Assembly: GCA_030390025.1 (NCBI GenBank)
Contig: CM059438.1
Span: forward strand, 69,380,001 to 69,444,000
Length of the DNA: 64,000 nucleotides
Reading direction: 5' to 3'
Origin: Squalus acanthias
Taxonomy: Eukaryota
The notes under the pieces are model-generated. The model ran no database searches, had not been told where the DNA came from, and worked only from the letters and a program-made list of their open reading frames with translations. Made by a program: the position numbers and the translations under genes. Positions 1 to 11,551 of this stretch are shown here, in pieces. How positions within the stretch are numbered: position 1 is the first letter of the stretch; every line of letters begins with the position of its first letter.

Positions 1-1636
1 GTGTCTGCATGGTCTCGCCGATGTACCATGCCGCGGTGCATTCTTTCCTGCAACGTATGAGGTAGACAACGTTGGCCGAGTCACATGAGTATGTACCATG
101 TACCTGGTGGGTAGTGTCCTCACGTGTGATGGTGGTATCTGTGTTGATGACCTGGCATGTCTTGCAGAGTTTGCCGTGGCAGGGTTGTGTGGTGTCGTGG
201 TTGCTGTTATCCTGAAAGCTGGGTAATTTGCTGCGAACGATGGTACTTCTGAGGTTAGGCGGCTGTTTGAAGGCAAGTAGTGGAGGCATGGGGATGGCCT
301 TAGCGAGGTGTTTGTCGTCATCGATGACATGTTGAAGGCTGCGAAGAACATGGCGTAGTTTCTCCGCTCCGGGGAAGTACTGGACGACGTAGGGTACCCT
401 GTTGGTTGTGTCCCGTGTTTGCTTTCTGAGGAGGTCTATGCGATTTTTCGCTGTGGCCCGTCGGAACTGTCGATCGATGAGTCGAGCGTCATATCCCGTT
501 CTTATGAGGGTGTTTTTCAGCGTCCGTAGGTGTCCATCGCGTTCCTCCTCGTCTGAGCAGATCCTGTGTATTCGCAGGGCTTGACCATAGGGGATGGCTT
601 CTTTAACATGGTTAGGGTGGAAGCTGGAGAAGTGGAGCATCGTGAGGTTGTCCGTGGGCTTGCGGTAGAGTGAAGTGCTGAGGTGTCCGTCTTTGATGGA
701 GATTCGTGTGTCCAGGAATGAAACCGATTCTGAGGAGTAGTCCATGGTGAGTTTGATGGTGGGATGGAACTTGTTTATGTTATCGTGTAGTCTTTTCAGT
801 GATCCTTCGCCATGGGTCCAAAGGAAGAAAATGTCGTCGATGTATCTGGTGTACAGCGTTGGCTGGAGGTCCTGTGCAGCGAAGAAGTCTTGCTCGAACT
901 TGTGCATGAAGATGTTGGCGTATTGGGGTGCGAATTTGGTCCCCATGGCTGTTCCGTGTGTTTGGGTAAAAAAATGGTTGTCGAAGGTGAAGACATTGTG
1001 GTCAAGGATGAAGCGGATGAGTTGTAGGATGGCTTCTGGAGATTGGCTGTTGTTGGTGTTGAGTACTGAGGCTGTCGCAGCGATGCCGTCATCGTGGGGG
1101 ATACTGGTGTAGAGTGCCGATATGTCCATCGTGGCGAGGAGTGTTCCTGGTTCAACTGGTCCGTGGGTGCTGAGTTTCTGTAAGAAGTCTGTAGTGTCGC
1201 GACAGAAGCTGGGGGTTCCCTGTACGATGGGTTTCAGAATGCCCTCGACGTATCCAGAGAGGTTCTCACACAGGGTTCCATTGCCTGATACGATAGGACG
1301 TCCGGGTGTGTTGGCTTTGTGTATCTTTGGGAGGCAGTAGAAGTCTCCCACGCGGGGAGTACGTGAGATGAGAGCGCGTAGGATGTTTTGAAGGTCTGGA
1401 TCGAAGGTCTTGATCAGTCTATTGAGTTGGCGGGTGTGTTCTTTGGTCGGATCTGCGGGTAGCTGTCTGTAGTGTTCCTGGTTGTCCAGTTGTCGGTATG
1501 CTTCTTTACAATAGTCCGTTCTGTTCTGTATGACGATGGCTCCTCCTTTGTCCGCTGGTTTGATGACAATGTTGCGGTTGGTCTTGAGAGCGTGGATGGC
1601 GTTGCGTTGTGCTCGGGTGACATTCTGGACTGTCAC
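1..1636 (-). mobile_element. Penelope-like retroelement (probably Neptune-type), 5'-truncated, with an uninterrupted RT + linker + GIY-YIG frame running off the left edge
   Basis: Manual minus-strand translation gives IVIKPADKGGAIVI...FYCLPKIHK...GRPIVSG...MDISALYTSIPH...GTAMGTKFAPQYANIFM...YTRYIDDIFFLW...FLD...LYRKPTD...PCHGKLCKTC...NVVYLIRC...WYIGET. I found no stop or frameshift over about 545 codons. It is missing from the ORF track, probably because it has no stop inside the window. Confidence 0.95.
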
Positions 1637-1993
1637 CAAATGCCATACAGAATAGGTTAACACATACAAGTCAAACATATCGAAAGGAATTGGAACTTTT
1701 TTTGTCAACTCATCAATATGATTAAGAGTCGCCAAACACAGGTAATGAGAAATCCAAACAGGTAAAGTTTGTTGGCCTGATATGGAGTCTGCAGTCTCCC
1801 CTCATAGGACACACATATGGAAGGCCAGAGGCCTTCAACACTGGTTTGTAAAGTGAAAGTTTAGAATCCTCAACTGTGTGCAGGGATACTAATTGAGTCA
1901 ACCACACAGAGCTAAGCTTCATACTACTTGTCCGAACACCCTGCACATGAGCACACTGTGGTTATCAGGAAATCCATGGGAAGAATCTCAACT

Positions 1994-2210
1994 GAGAGGT
2001 CGCACAACACCAGGTTATAGTCCAACAGTTTTATTTGAAATCACAAGCTTTCGGAGCTATCGATCGCCCCTTCCTCAGACTTCACCTGAGGAAGGGGCGA
2101 TCGATAGCTCCGAAAGCTTGTGATTTCAAATAAAACTGTTGGACTATAACCTGGTGTTGTGCGACCTCTCAATTTTGTCCACCCCAGTCCAACACCGGCA
2201 TCTCCGCATC
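1994..2210 (+). mobile_element. Penelope-type pLTR foldback insertion with hammerhead-like core
   Basis: Perfect 86-bp inverted repeat (1993-2078 / 2086-2171), 7-nt loop and 39-nt tail, flanked by the direct repeat AAGAATCTCAACT (1981-1993, 2211-2223). Core is TCAC-CTGAGGA-AGGGGC..GCTCC-GAAAGCTT-GTGA, followed by AATAAA. Confidence 0.8.
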
Positions 2211-2659
2211 AAGAATCTCAACTACCAGTGACAGGTCTTCATGTCCGGATTTCACTAGTGAGCCAGACTGGCTGGTCAGCGACCAAGAGTGCCCTGCATT
2301 GCTGTAGATATGGACACTATTGATGATTGATCAGTCAACATGCCTCACTAATGGAATATGGAGCACTAGCTGGTACTCCAGATGATGACAGTGATATTTT
2401 ACATTTTGACAGCTGGAAGTTGGATTGTTCCTAAAATAAAAGCTCAGGAGAAGACAATGTTAAGATCAGCATGTGTAATGGTTTCATGTGTACCAAGGAT
2501 ATTGTGATTTGTGCATGATTTTATATTACATAGTTCTCGGGCTAAAACTTCACCTAGCACCACAGGCCCTTGGACCCACCCAGGAGATGATTCAGAAACT
2601 CAAGTGGTGTGAGTAAAATCTCCAATGTGTACCTCCTCTGTTCTCCTTTTAGTTTAGAA

Positions 2660-3396
2660 GTCTAGAGGAGCAAAGGGATCTGGGAGTACAAATACACAAA
2701 TCACTAAAAGTAGCGCTGCAGGTTAAGAAGGCCAAAGAAAAGCAAACCAAGCACACGGGTTTATTTCTAGAGGGATAGAAACGAAAAGTAGAGTAGTTAT
2801 GCTAAACTTGTATCGAACCTTGGTTAGACCACACTTGGAGTACTGTGTACAATGCTGGTCACCATATTGTAAAAAGGATATAGAGGCACTGCAGAGGGTG
2901 CAAAAAAGATTTACAAGGATGATACCAGAACTGCGAGGCCATACCTATCAGGAAAGGATGAGCAGGCTGAGTTTCTTTTCTCTTGAAAAGAGAAAGCTGA
3001 GGGGTGACCTAATAAAGGTCTTTAAAATTATGAAAGGTTTTGATAGAGTAGACACAGAGAGAGAATGTTTCCACTTGTGGGGAAGAGCAAAACTAGAGGC
3101 CATCAATATAAGGTAGTCACCAAGAAATCAAATAGCAAATTCAGAAGAAACATCTTTACTCAGAGAGTGGTGAGAATGTGGAACTCGCTACCTCAGGGAG
3201 TAGTTGAGGCGAATAGTATGGATACCTTTAAGGGGAAGCTAGATAAGCATATGAGGGCGAAGGGAATAGAGGGTTATCCTGAGAGAGTTAGATGAGGAGG
3301 GTTGGCAGGAGGCTCGAGTGGAGCATAAATGCCAGCATGGACTGGTTGGGCAGAATGGCCTGTTTCTGTGCTTGTATGTTCTATGTAATTCTATGT
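2660..3396 (+). mobile_element. CR1 LINE 3' fragment
   Basis: ORFs LYRTLVRPHLEYCVQCWSP...RGDLI and FTQRVVRMWNSLP; TTCTATGT tandem tail. Confidence 0.92.
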
Positions 3397-3707
3397 CACC
3401 AAGAGCTCCACAAGTTTACTACAAGATAACCCCAACAGTACCTCATATCTAATCTCCCTACAACTGAATTAGTCTTGCAGATCTGTCTTACCACCTTGGG
3501 TATGCTAACAAAATGTTTGACCAGGACCAATTACCTTATTGTGTAATGCTGTCCAGTGGTTTGAGGGAAACCTAATATATAATTAGTGCAGCTTGTAATC
3601 ACTCTATATTACCTCCAAAATCATGCTGTAACCAAAAAGTTGCAGTTCAGCTCTGTATACTCTTAATATCCTTTAAATTAATAAATGTAGGAGTTGTTAC
3701 TGTCGCA

Positions 3708-3952
3708 GGGCAGAATTCTTCAAACTTTTCTGTGTGGGACACTCCTGCAAATAATTACACGTCTTTAGGAACCCCCGTTCCAACTTTCAAAAGAAAATGC
3801 CAACGACCCAAAAGAAAACAGTAGTATGATTACAGAAAACTAATCATTCTTACACAGCAAGCGCAATCATTTGCAAGTAAGTCAACAATTATGGAAACCT
3901 GATGCCCTTGTGGACCCCCATAAGATCTGGGGATCCTAGTTTGAAAACCTAC
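3708..3952. mobile_element. degraded hAT-like MITE
   Basis: Ends CAGAATTCTTCAAACT ... AGTTTGAAAACC resemble hAT/Charlie termini. Confidence 0.4.
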
Positions 3953-3960
3953 GCAGTCAG

Positions 3961-4142
3961 CAGCACCAGCTTTAGGGGCAAGCAACTGTGGCCTTTGCTG
4001 GGGGCCCCAGACAATAGGAGGCCCCTACTAAGCTAAGTTGCATTATATCTACAGAGCAGTATAAAACATGCAGGAGGGGAGGGGAGGTGCCCACACCTTA
4101 GCCTCTGTCTGTGGTTCCCCATGAGTCTTAACACATGCACTG
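3961..4142. mobile_element. hAT-type MITE with 8-bp TSD
   Basis: CAG...CTG termini flanked by GCAGTCAG at 3953-3960 and 4143-4150. Confidence 0.65.
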
Positions 4143-4223
4143 GCAGTCAGCAAGAGCCAGCAAGATCTCCATCAGGTGAAGGCTTAACCTCAGAGGGTGC
4201 AAAGCAGCTGTCTCCCACCCACT

Positions 4224-4459
4224 CACAACAAGGCTGTAGATGGTGGGACAATCGGAGATTTTGAGACTGAGATAGATAGATTTTTGTTAGGTGAGGGTAT
4301 CAAGGGATATGGAGCAAAGGTGGGTAAATGCAAGTTGAAGTGCAGATCAGCCATGACCAAATAGGTGGTTGAGGGTGAGGGTGGCGCTGGGGCCGGTGGG
4401 GTGGGGGGGGGGGGATGGGGGGGTAGTTTGGGGCTGCTTAATGGCCTAGTCCTTTTCAT
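4224..4459 (+). mobile_element. CR1 LINE 3' end fragment interrupted by a G-rich tract
   Basis: AAGGCTGTAGATG...GAGATAGATAGATTTTTG...GGTATCAAGGGATATGG...GATCAGCCATGA matches the CR1 3' end seen at 7708-7900. Confidence 0.7.
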
Positions 4460-4462
4460 AAT

Positions 4463-5209
4463 GGGCCGTATTTTCCGATTGGAGGCTTCCCGCGTGCGGA
4501 AGCCTCCGATCTGGAAAAAATCTACGCACTTACCTGAGGGCTCCCGAGGTGCGTATAGTTCAGATGCTGGGCCTCTCCAACTCCAAGTGCGCAGGGCCCA
4601 CGTATCCCAGAGGCGCATGCGGTTCGCAAGCGTCCCTGGGATCATGTGGGCCATGGGGAGCCAATCAAAGAAGGGAATCTCCCTTCATACACTTGACAGA
4701 TAGACCTGTCAAATATAGGAATGGAGATCACCCCAAAAACACTTTAAAACATGAAATAATTTTTTTTTTTAAATCACATTTTTTAAATTAGTTGAAATTA
4801 CAATAAATTAAATATTTTAAACAAAACATTTATTTTTTGAAAAAAATAATTGAAGTTTTTTACGGGGCTAAAAATAAACTTACCTTTTTTTAAAGTATTT
4901 TTAAATGATAAATGAGTGCAAACATTTTTTTTTTAATACTTTTTTTCAACTCTTATCCTGGTAAAAGCAGGCCTTATGCTTTTACCAGGCGTAAGATTTC
5001 TAAGGGATTTCAGCGGGCGAAGGTTCTGCAGAAAGCGGAACTATCTGCCCGCAGAGGCCCTTCTCCAGGGCAGGCGAGAGCATTCTTGACAGATCGGAAA
5101 TGCCGGTTTTCAGCGCATGCGCTGTGCATGCCTGAAAACGGCATTTCCGATGTCCCTACGGGTGGGTACACAGCCCGTACACACCCGTAGGGATCGGAAT
5201 ATCCGGCCC
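4463..5209 (+). mobile_element. Harbinger-type MITE (family A)
   Basis: TIRs GGGCCGTATTTTCCGAT / ATCGGAATATCCGGCCC, 3-bp TSD AAT, AT-rich core; related copies at 34.5-35.9 kb and 44.7-45.4 kb. Confidence 0.8.
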
Positions 5210-5864
5210 AATATTCCTATATATTCTGTTATGACAGCTGGAAGTTGGATTGTGCCCAAATTGATACAAACTGCAAACAAGATCTGTCTTAAGTGATTCT
5301 GCCTTGAAGTAAGCCCATGCTGGGACCAATTTAGTTGCAGCATAGTTCAATTGGTCACCTACAAACCCCCTCCCACCCATTCTCCTGAGTCTACTGCTGC
5401 TACTTGTATTGCCTGTTCTGCTGATCATATGATAATAAGCCTTACTTCGTCTCAAGACATTTTTGCACCTGCATGATGTACATATAAATAAAGTAAATAG
5501 CCAGTTACAGTCCTGTAGCGGCTGTACTAATGACCAGCAGTTTATACAAGCAGCTCCACTTAGTCTCTTCCTGTGAATTCCAGTATGACAACTGAGCTTA
5601 GATTACAGCAGCAGGTCTTGATAGATACCTTGTCATACGCTATTAGGAGTGAAACAGTTTTGTTAAAAAGAGGATAAGCTGTTCTAAGAAAGCAGTTATG
5701 AAAGGAAAATAGTGGACTGAATCCCTGCCCTCTGACTGAAACTGCTAAAAATTGTTAGAATTTCCACGTGCCAGGATCTTCCGAGTCGATTGGATTGAAC
5801 TTGAATTAACCCATTTTCTGACAAATCTGAATTTGGATTCTTACCAGCTCCATGAAGACACATG

Positions 5865-6052
5865 CATGTACACACTCACACAAGCACAGACACGCATATA
5901 TATATATATATATATATATGTACATTTTTATGCATATATATATATATATATATATACATACACATATCTCTCTCTCTCTCTATATATATATATATACATA
6001 TATAGATATACACACATACATATCTACACACACATATATGCACACACACACA
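5865..6052. repeat. compound (TA)n/(CA)n/(TC)n microsatellite
   Basis: Directly visible. Confidence 0.95.
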
Positions 6053-6195
6053 ATTTTCCATGAGTGTTTCTCTTCCTTCAATTTTTCTCTAATCTACTCC
6101 TGAAGGAGGCAACCAGTACTGGGTTGCAGTATTGGGGGTCGTGGCAGCCCTCCCACACTTAGCTAACAATGCGCATCACAACTAAGCCTCACCTG

Positions 6196-6556
6196 AAACA
6201 ACAACAGAAAACGCTGGAAAAATTCAGCAGGCCAGGCAACATCCATGGAGAGAGAAACAGAGTTACCGATTCAGGTCGAAACCCTTTGTCAGAACTGAGA
6301 AAAAAGCAGGAAATGAAACAGATAAAAAAGCAAGGGGGAGGCTGGGGGGAGGAATAAAAGAACAAAAGGGGTGGTCTATGGTAAGTAGAGACATTAAGAG
6401 ATGCTCAAGGCAAGACGAGATGGTAATAGGACAGGTTAAGAAACAAAAGGTGCTCAGAAGTGTGAAGTGTGAAATGCTGGCAGAATGAGAGACAGTTGAA
6501 GTGGGGGGAGAGAGAGAAAAAAAAGGGAAAAGGCACAAACCAAAAGGGTGGATAAA

Positions 6557-6587
<31 letters not shown>

Positions 6588-6672
6588 GTAGGGGCCGAGG
6601 TTATGATCTGAAATTGTTGAACTCGATATTGAGTCCGGAAGGCTGTAAAGTGCCTAATTGGAAGATAAGATG
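6196..6672 (-). mobile_element. Penelope-like element 3' end (C-terminus, 3' UTR and pLTR)
   Basis: Minus strand reads HLIFQLGTLQPSGLNIEFNNFRS* at about 6672-6601, then a pyrimidine-rich UTR and a pLTR matching the arms of the 63.0-kb hairpin. Confidence 0.8.
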
Positions 6673-7707
6673 AAGATGAAGATAAGTCTCACCTGATGTT
6701 GAGTTGCACACACAGGTCAATGGATAGCAATCAGGAGAAGACATCTGGCTGACTTTTCTTTCCTAGCTCTAGCCAATTGTAGTGCCCCAATTGATGCCCT
6801 AACTGAGGTTGACTAACTTGGTGTAGGCCGCTGAATTAACCTCAGGAATCTTCCTGATCTGTATGGCTCAGTGCCCCAATATCCATCAAGAGAGCTGAAC
6901 ACAGAGAAATTTTAATAGTCTGAATCCAAAATTTGAAAATACAATTCACCAAGCTGACAGATCTCTCCGATGGATTGCCTGCCCCTTTCCTAAGCTAGGA
7001 GAAAGGACATGTCTTTAGCTAGGACGCCATGGTGAAAATTGGTCCAATTAGAAAGCACCCCTCTCTCACACCACCAGTCACTCATTCTCCTTTTTGCTGC
7101 TGACACCAAAAAATCATAAATATGCAGTTTGACAAAATTTTAGTCCACAGCTACCAAAGTGGCATCAAGCTTGTACAGAGTGGACATAGCCCGGTAAAAC
7201 TCACGACAGTGCTACAAGGAAAGATCACTCAAATTGCTTTCATAAATAAAAAAACATACACTGCTGTTTACAGCAGTATCAATTGGGATGGATACATCAT
7301 GAGGAGTTTATGATCACATAGTCTTTACTGTCCCTTTCATAGCACATTCCTTTTTCACACGAGCCTTTTTCCTTTTTCTGTTACCTTTTATTCTCAATTT
7401 CTACCTGCTGCCAATTTTTTCTAATGCAAATTACCTGCGCATATGCACTTCATTCTCATTTTCCAAACACATCATTGATATGTAAGTGTCCATAGCTTCC
7501 TCCAAATAAGCATATAGACAAAATATCCACAAAATTGCAATAGCTGTAAATGAAAAAATTGGCTGACTTATTTTATTGTTATTGCAAAATGATTGTTGTT
7601 ATGAATTTTTTTTCTGAGTCGTACCTCCCATTGGAATGAGACCTGAAAGCTATTTTTTTCCAGCTGGAAAGTTAAAATGATATTAAGATTTTGCTGCTTT
7701 GCAACAG

Positions 7708-8326
7708 AACATAAGACCATAAGAAATAGGAGCAGGAGTAGGCCATTCGGCCCCTCAAGCCTGCTCCGCCATTCAATAAGATCATGGCTGATCTTCTACC
7801 TCAACTCCACTTTCCTGCACTATCCCCATATCCCTTGATTCCCTTAATATCCAAAAATCTATCAATTTCTGTCTTGAATATACACAACGACTGAGCGTCC
7901 ACAGCCCTCTGGGGTAGAGAATTCCAAAGATTCACCACCCTCTGAGTGAAGAAATTTCTCCTCATCTCAGTCCTAAATGGCTGACCCCTTATTCTGAGAC
8001 TGTGACCCCTGATTCTATACTCCCCAGCCAGGGGAAACATCCTCCCTGCATCTACCCTGTCAAATCCTGTAAGAATTTTGTATGTTTCAATGAGATCACC
8101 TCTCATTCTTCTAAACTCTAGAGAATAAAGGCCTAGTCTACTAAATCTCTCCTCATAGGACAATCCCCCCATCCCAGGAATCAGTCTGATGAACCTTCGT
8201 TGCACTCCCTCTATGACAAGTATATCCTTCCTTAGGTAAGGAGACCAAAACTGTACACAATACTCCAAGTGTGGTCTCACCAGGGCCCTATATAATTGCA
8301 GTAAGATGTCTTTACTCTTATAATCA
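7708..8326 (-). mobile_element. CR1 LINE 3' fragment
   Basis: ORF 7801-8346: LYRALVRPHLEYCVQFWSP...RGDLIETYKI...FFTQRVVNLWNSLP; CTTATG tandem tail. Confidence 0.93.
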
Positions 8327-8392
8327 AAGTAGCATCTGTACTGCAAGGTTTTATTCCAGGATGCACCTATAAGGATCTAATCACAGAATAAT

Positions 8393-9151
8393 GGCCTGGA
8401 TTTTGCGGTTGTAATTACAGCAAAACTGTCAGCATTTGCCGTCATTACTCTCTGAACCTGACAGCATCTTCTGGAGTCTGCACATGCACAGTTAAACGCG
8501 GAAATCCAAAAATTGCTGTTAGTGATTCCCTGTTCCTCCATTGTGTGCACTGTTGAAGTCCTCGCAGGGGAAAATCTTAGAAACCACTGAATTGACATGA
8601 ACTTTCACTTTTTATGCTCTAATCTTGCTGTAAAAAAAACCCAAATAGTTAAGCCTTGTTCAATGAGGTGCAACTTGGTTTTTTAACAGCACATCAATTA
8701 CTGCTGAACAACCTCTCTTACCTTGAAAAACTAATTTTATATTTGTGGAATGTCAAATTTCACAATGATTAAAATTCACAGATTTTTAAAATAAGAAAAA
8801 GTATTATTTTTTAAAAGTTTGTTTATGATATTTCAGCTTCTACCTTAATGCCATGTATATGTCCCAATCTTTATTTCACTTTCTGTAAAATTTATAAAAA
8901 AGTGAATGAGCATCAGTGCTTTTTACTTCCTGGTTTGCTGTCTGTGAGAATTCTTCAATGTGATTGGCTGCTTCGTCTGCTTGATGACATCACTGTTCTT
9001 GGACACCAGAGATCTCCTATAGTTGACGCCAGAATGAAATTAACGTCGGGAAAGGTGAAATCGCCACAGAAATCGTTAGATCTTCGTAAGCAGCTTTCTT
9101 CGAGGTCTTGGCAAGCGCTGTCACTTCACCGCTGACCGCAAAATCTGGGTC
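8393..9151. mobile_element. Harbinger-type MITE
   Basis: TIRs GGCCTGGATTTTGCGGT / ACCGCAAAATCTGGGTC with AT-rich core. Confidence 0.7.
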
Positions 9152-9224
9152 AGTGTTTAGTCCCAGAATAATGGTGAATTCCCGGAACAGCAGAGTGAAA
9201 TTGACACAAAATTCATGATTCTAT

Positions 9225-9468
9225 GGGCTGAATCTTAACTTGCAAATACAGCTGGGCTGGGGTTGGGTGAAATGTTAAAACTTAAAAAAATCTCAAACCC
9301 GACCCGAACCTGCTCACCTCCGGGTTTAACGGCAGCAGGAAAAGGGGTGGGCAGTCAACCCGGTCCCAGGAGGCGGGTTGACAAATTAAGTATTTTAATG
9401 AGGCTGGCAGCTTCTGATTTAACCTGCTTTGCAGGTTTAACCGTGGTCAGACAGGTTTCCCAGGCCTA
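9225..9468 (+). mobile_element. Harbinger-type MITE fragment (family C, left arm)
   Basis: Similar to the left arms at 37094 and 49068 (AAAAATCTCAAACCCGACCCGAACC motif). Confidence 0.65.
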
Positions 9469-9484
9469 GTGAATATCCACCATG

Positions 9485-9772
9485 AAACCGAGGCCCCATC
9501 TGCTCTCTCAGGTGGACGTAAAAGATCCCATGGCACTATTTTGAAGAAGAGCAGGGGAGGTATCCCCTGTGTCCTGGCCAATATTCATCACTAGAAACAG
9601 ATTATCTGGTCGTTTTCAAATTGCTGTTTGTGGGAGATTGCTGGGTGCAAATTGGCTGCCGCGTTTCCTACATTACAACAATCACTACACTTCAAAAGTA
9701 CTTCATGGGCTGTAAATGCTTTGGGATGTCCTGAGGCCGTGAATGACGCTATATAAATGCTGTCTTTTCTCT
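9485..9772 (+). mobile_element. Deu-domain SINE (SacSINE1-like), 5'-truncated
   Basis: CTCAGGTGGACGTAAAAGATCCCATGGCACTATTTTGAAGAAGAGCAGGGG...CGCTATATAAATGC tail. Confidence 0.85.
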
Positions 9773-10876
9773 GTCAGCAGGACCTGTGAGAAAGCCTTAC
9801 TTCCGGGTAGCAAATCCTCCCCACCAGCCCCCTACCCCGCGCTCTTCCCAGCTCCGAGTTATTATCAGTGCCCTTTGTTTTTGGAACTCAGGCATGTTAC
9901 AGAAGACATCATTGCATTTGGTCCAGAACCCCCTAAAGCCCCTCTGGTTCCAACCACTGGATAATACAATAATGTATTAATTTAGTAGAACTGCTGTTTA
10001 ATTCCGAACAAAGTTCTTTCCACTCACTAGTTTATTTACATCATGTTGCTATATCCGTGGAGGCTTATTTGTTTCCATTGTGATAATCAACAGGAAGTTA
10101 CTGGGGAAAAGGAGTTGAATTTGCATTTTAAAAGAAACCTGCACAATGTTCACTGAAAGGATTGTGTGCTGTTTGAGCAAAGATGACAGCTTTTTACTTT
10201 GTGTACACAGAGTATATAAAAGGAAATATCTGATTTTGTTCATGTTGAGCAGTCTGGGGCATACTTTAAAAAAAAATTGTTCCCTGCAAGTCCACCGCTT
10301 ATTAAATCCAACCTTCATATTGTGACTGCAGAATTAGATGTGTTTCTCATAATACTCCGCCAAAAATAAGGCACTACAGAGAAAGTACACAATGGATCGG
10401 TGAGGACTTGATGACCTGGCTGCCATGTCCTCTGCAAATGGATAGCCTGATAGCACTTGCTGTCAATACTTGCACATGGATAATGGCCACTTAGGTGATC
10501 ATCCACCATGGAAACGTACCACAGTGATGGTACTTTTGCATTCCATTTCTTGTTTCAGCCTCTGGGCCCTTCTTTCTCCCTCCACCATTAACGTTTCCAT
10601 TAAATGCTGGTCAGAAATGGGAGCCAGCAAGTGTTTTGGTAGCTCATACGATGAAGAAAAAAGTGGGCCTTTACTACCCCTGGAACAAGATAAGTCAGGG
10701 AATTTATACATGTAACTACAGCCAATGATGAAAGAAGCATGTATGTGTTGTTGGCATCAGATGTAAAATGTAAAAGGACCTTCAGGGAGTCGAGATAAAA
10801 GGGGAGGGAAGAATATAGAAAAATAAAACACAAATGTAGGGAAAAGGTAAGTAAAATAGCCACAATGCAGGCGCTT

Positions 10877-11060
10877 CAACAATAGCAAAATACTGCGGAT
10901 GCTGGAAATCTGAAATAACAACAGAAAATGCTGGAAACACTCAGCAGGTCAGGCAGGTCTGATGAAGGGTCTCAGACCTGAAACGTTAACTCTGTTTTTC
11001 TCTCTCCACGGATGCTGCCTGACCTGCTGAGTGTTTCCAGCGTTTTCTGTTGTTATTTTG
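10877..11060. mobile_element. Penelope-type pLTR foldback insertion with hammerhead-like core
   Basis: Inverted arms 10913-10956 / 11015-11058; core CTGATGA-AGGGTC-TCA-GACCT-GAAACGTT at 10959-10987; 14-bp TSD CAATGCAGG(C/T)GCTT at 10863-10876 and 11061-11074. Confidence 0.8.
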
Positions 11061-11366
11061 CAATGCAGGTGCTTGTTGAATTAGAAAAACTAAGGCTAAA
11101 TTTGTCATATTTATTGGGGGAGAAGAGGGAAAGCTCCAAGAGAAAAATAGAAATACTTGGGTTGTAGCTGATAAAACAGCCTGGAAAGTACAGGAAGCGC
11201 TATGTTTGCAGCTTGGTGAAATGGGCTCCTCAGGAGGATGAAATTCAGGCAGGTTGTATAACGAGTGGGTGATCCACTCCTCCAGATGGTGGAGACAAAA
11301 ATCTACCACTAGGAGAAATTTCCTGTTTCTCTTTGAATAATGCCAAAGGCTCTGACATGCCCACTT

Positions 11367-11548
11367 GAGCTGACAGATGCGGCCTTGATCTTATAGCTGG
11401 TCCAAAAGACGGCACCTCTGACAATGCACTTCCTCAGTACCTCACTGAAACATCAGACAAAGTGATGTGCTCAAGACCACTGTAGGGCTTGAACCCACAA
11501 TATTCTCCTCCAGAGGTGACAGTGATAACAACGGAGCCAAACTGACCC
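11367..11548 (-). mobile_element. Deu-domain SINE, 5' part (tRNA-derived head)
   Basis: AAAGACGGCACCTCTGACA...CTTGAACCCACA matches the full copy at 57481-57976. Confidence 0.7.
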
Positions 11549-11551
11549 AAT

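Noticed and set aside
10499..10711. Minus ORF containing ISDQH, reminiscent of the BRINP N-terminus
   Set aside because: It lacks the following DWLLSDKGPFH-type motif, so the match is probably chance.
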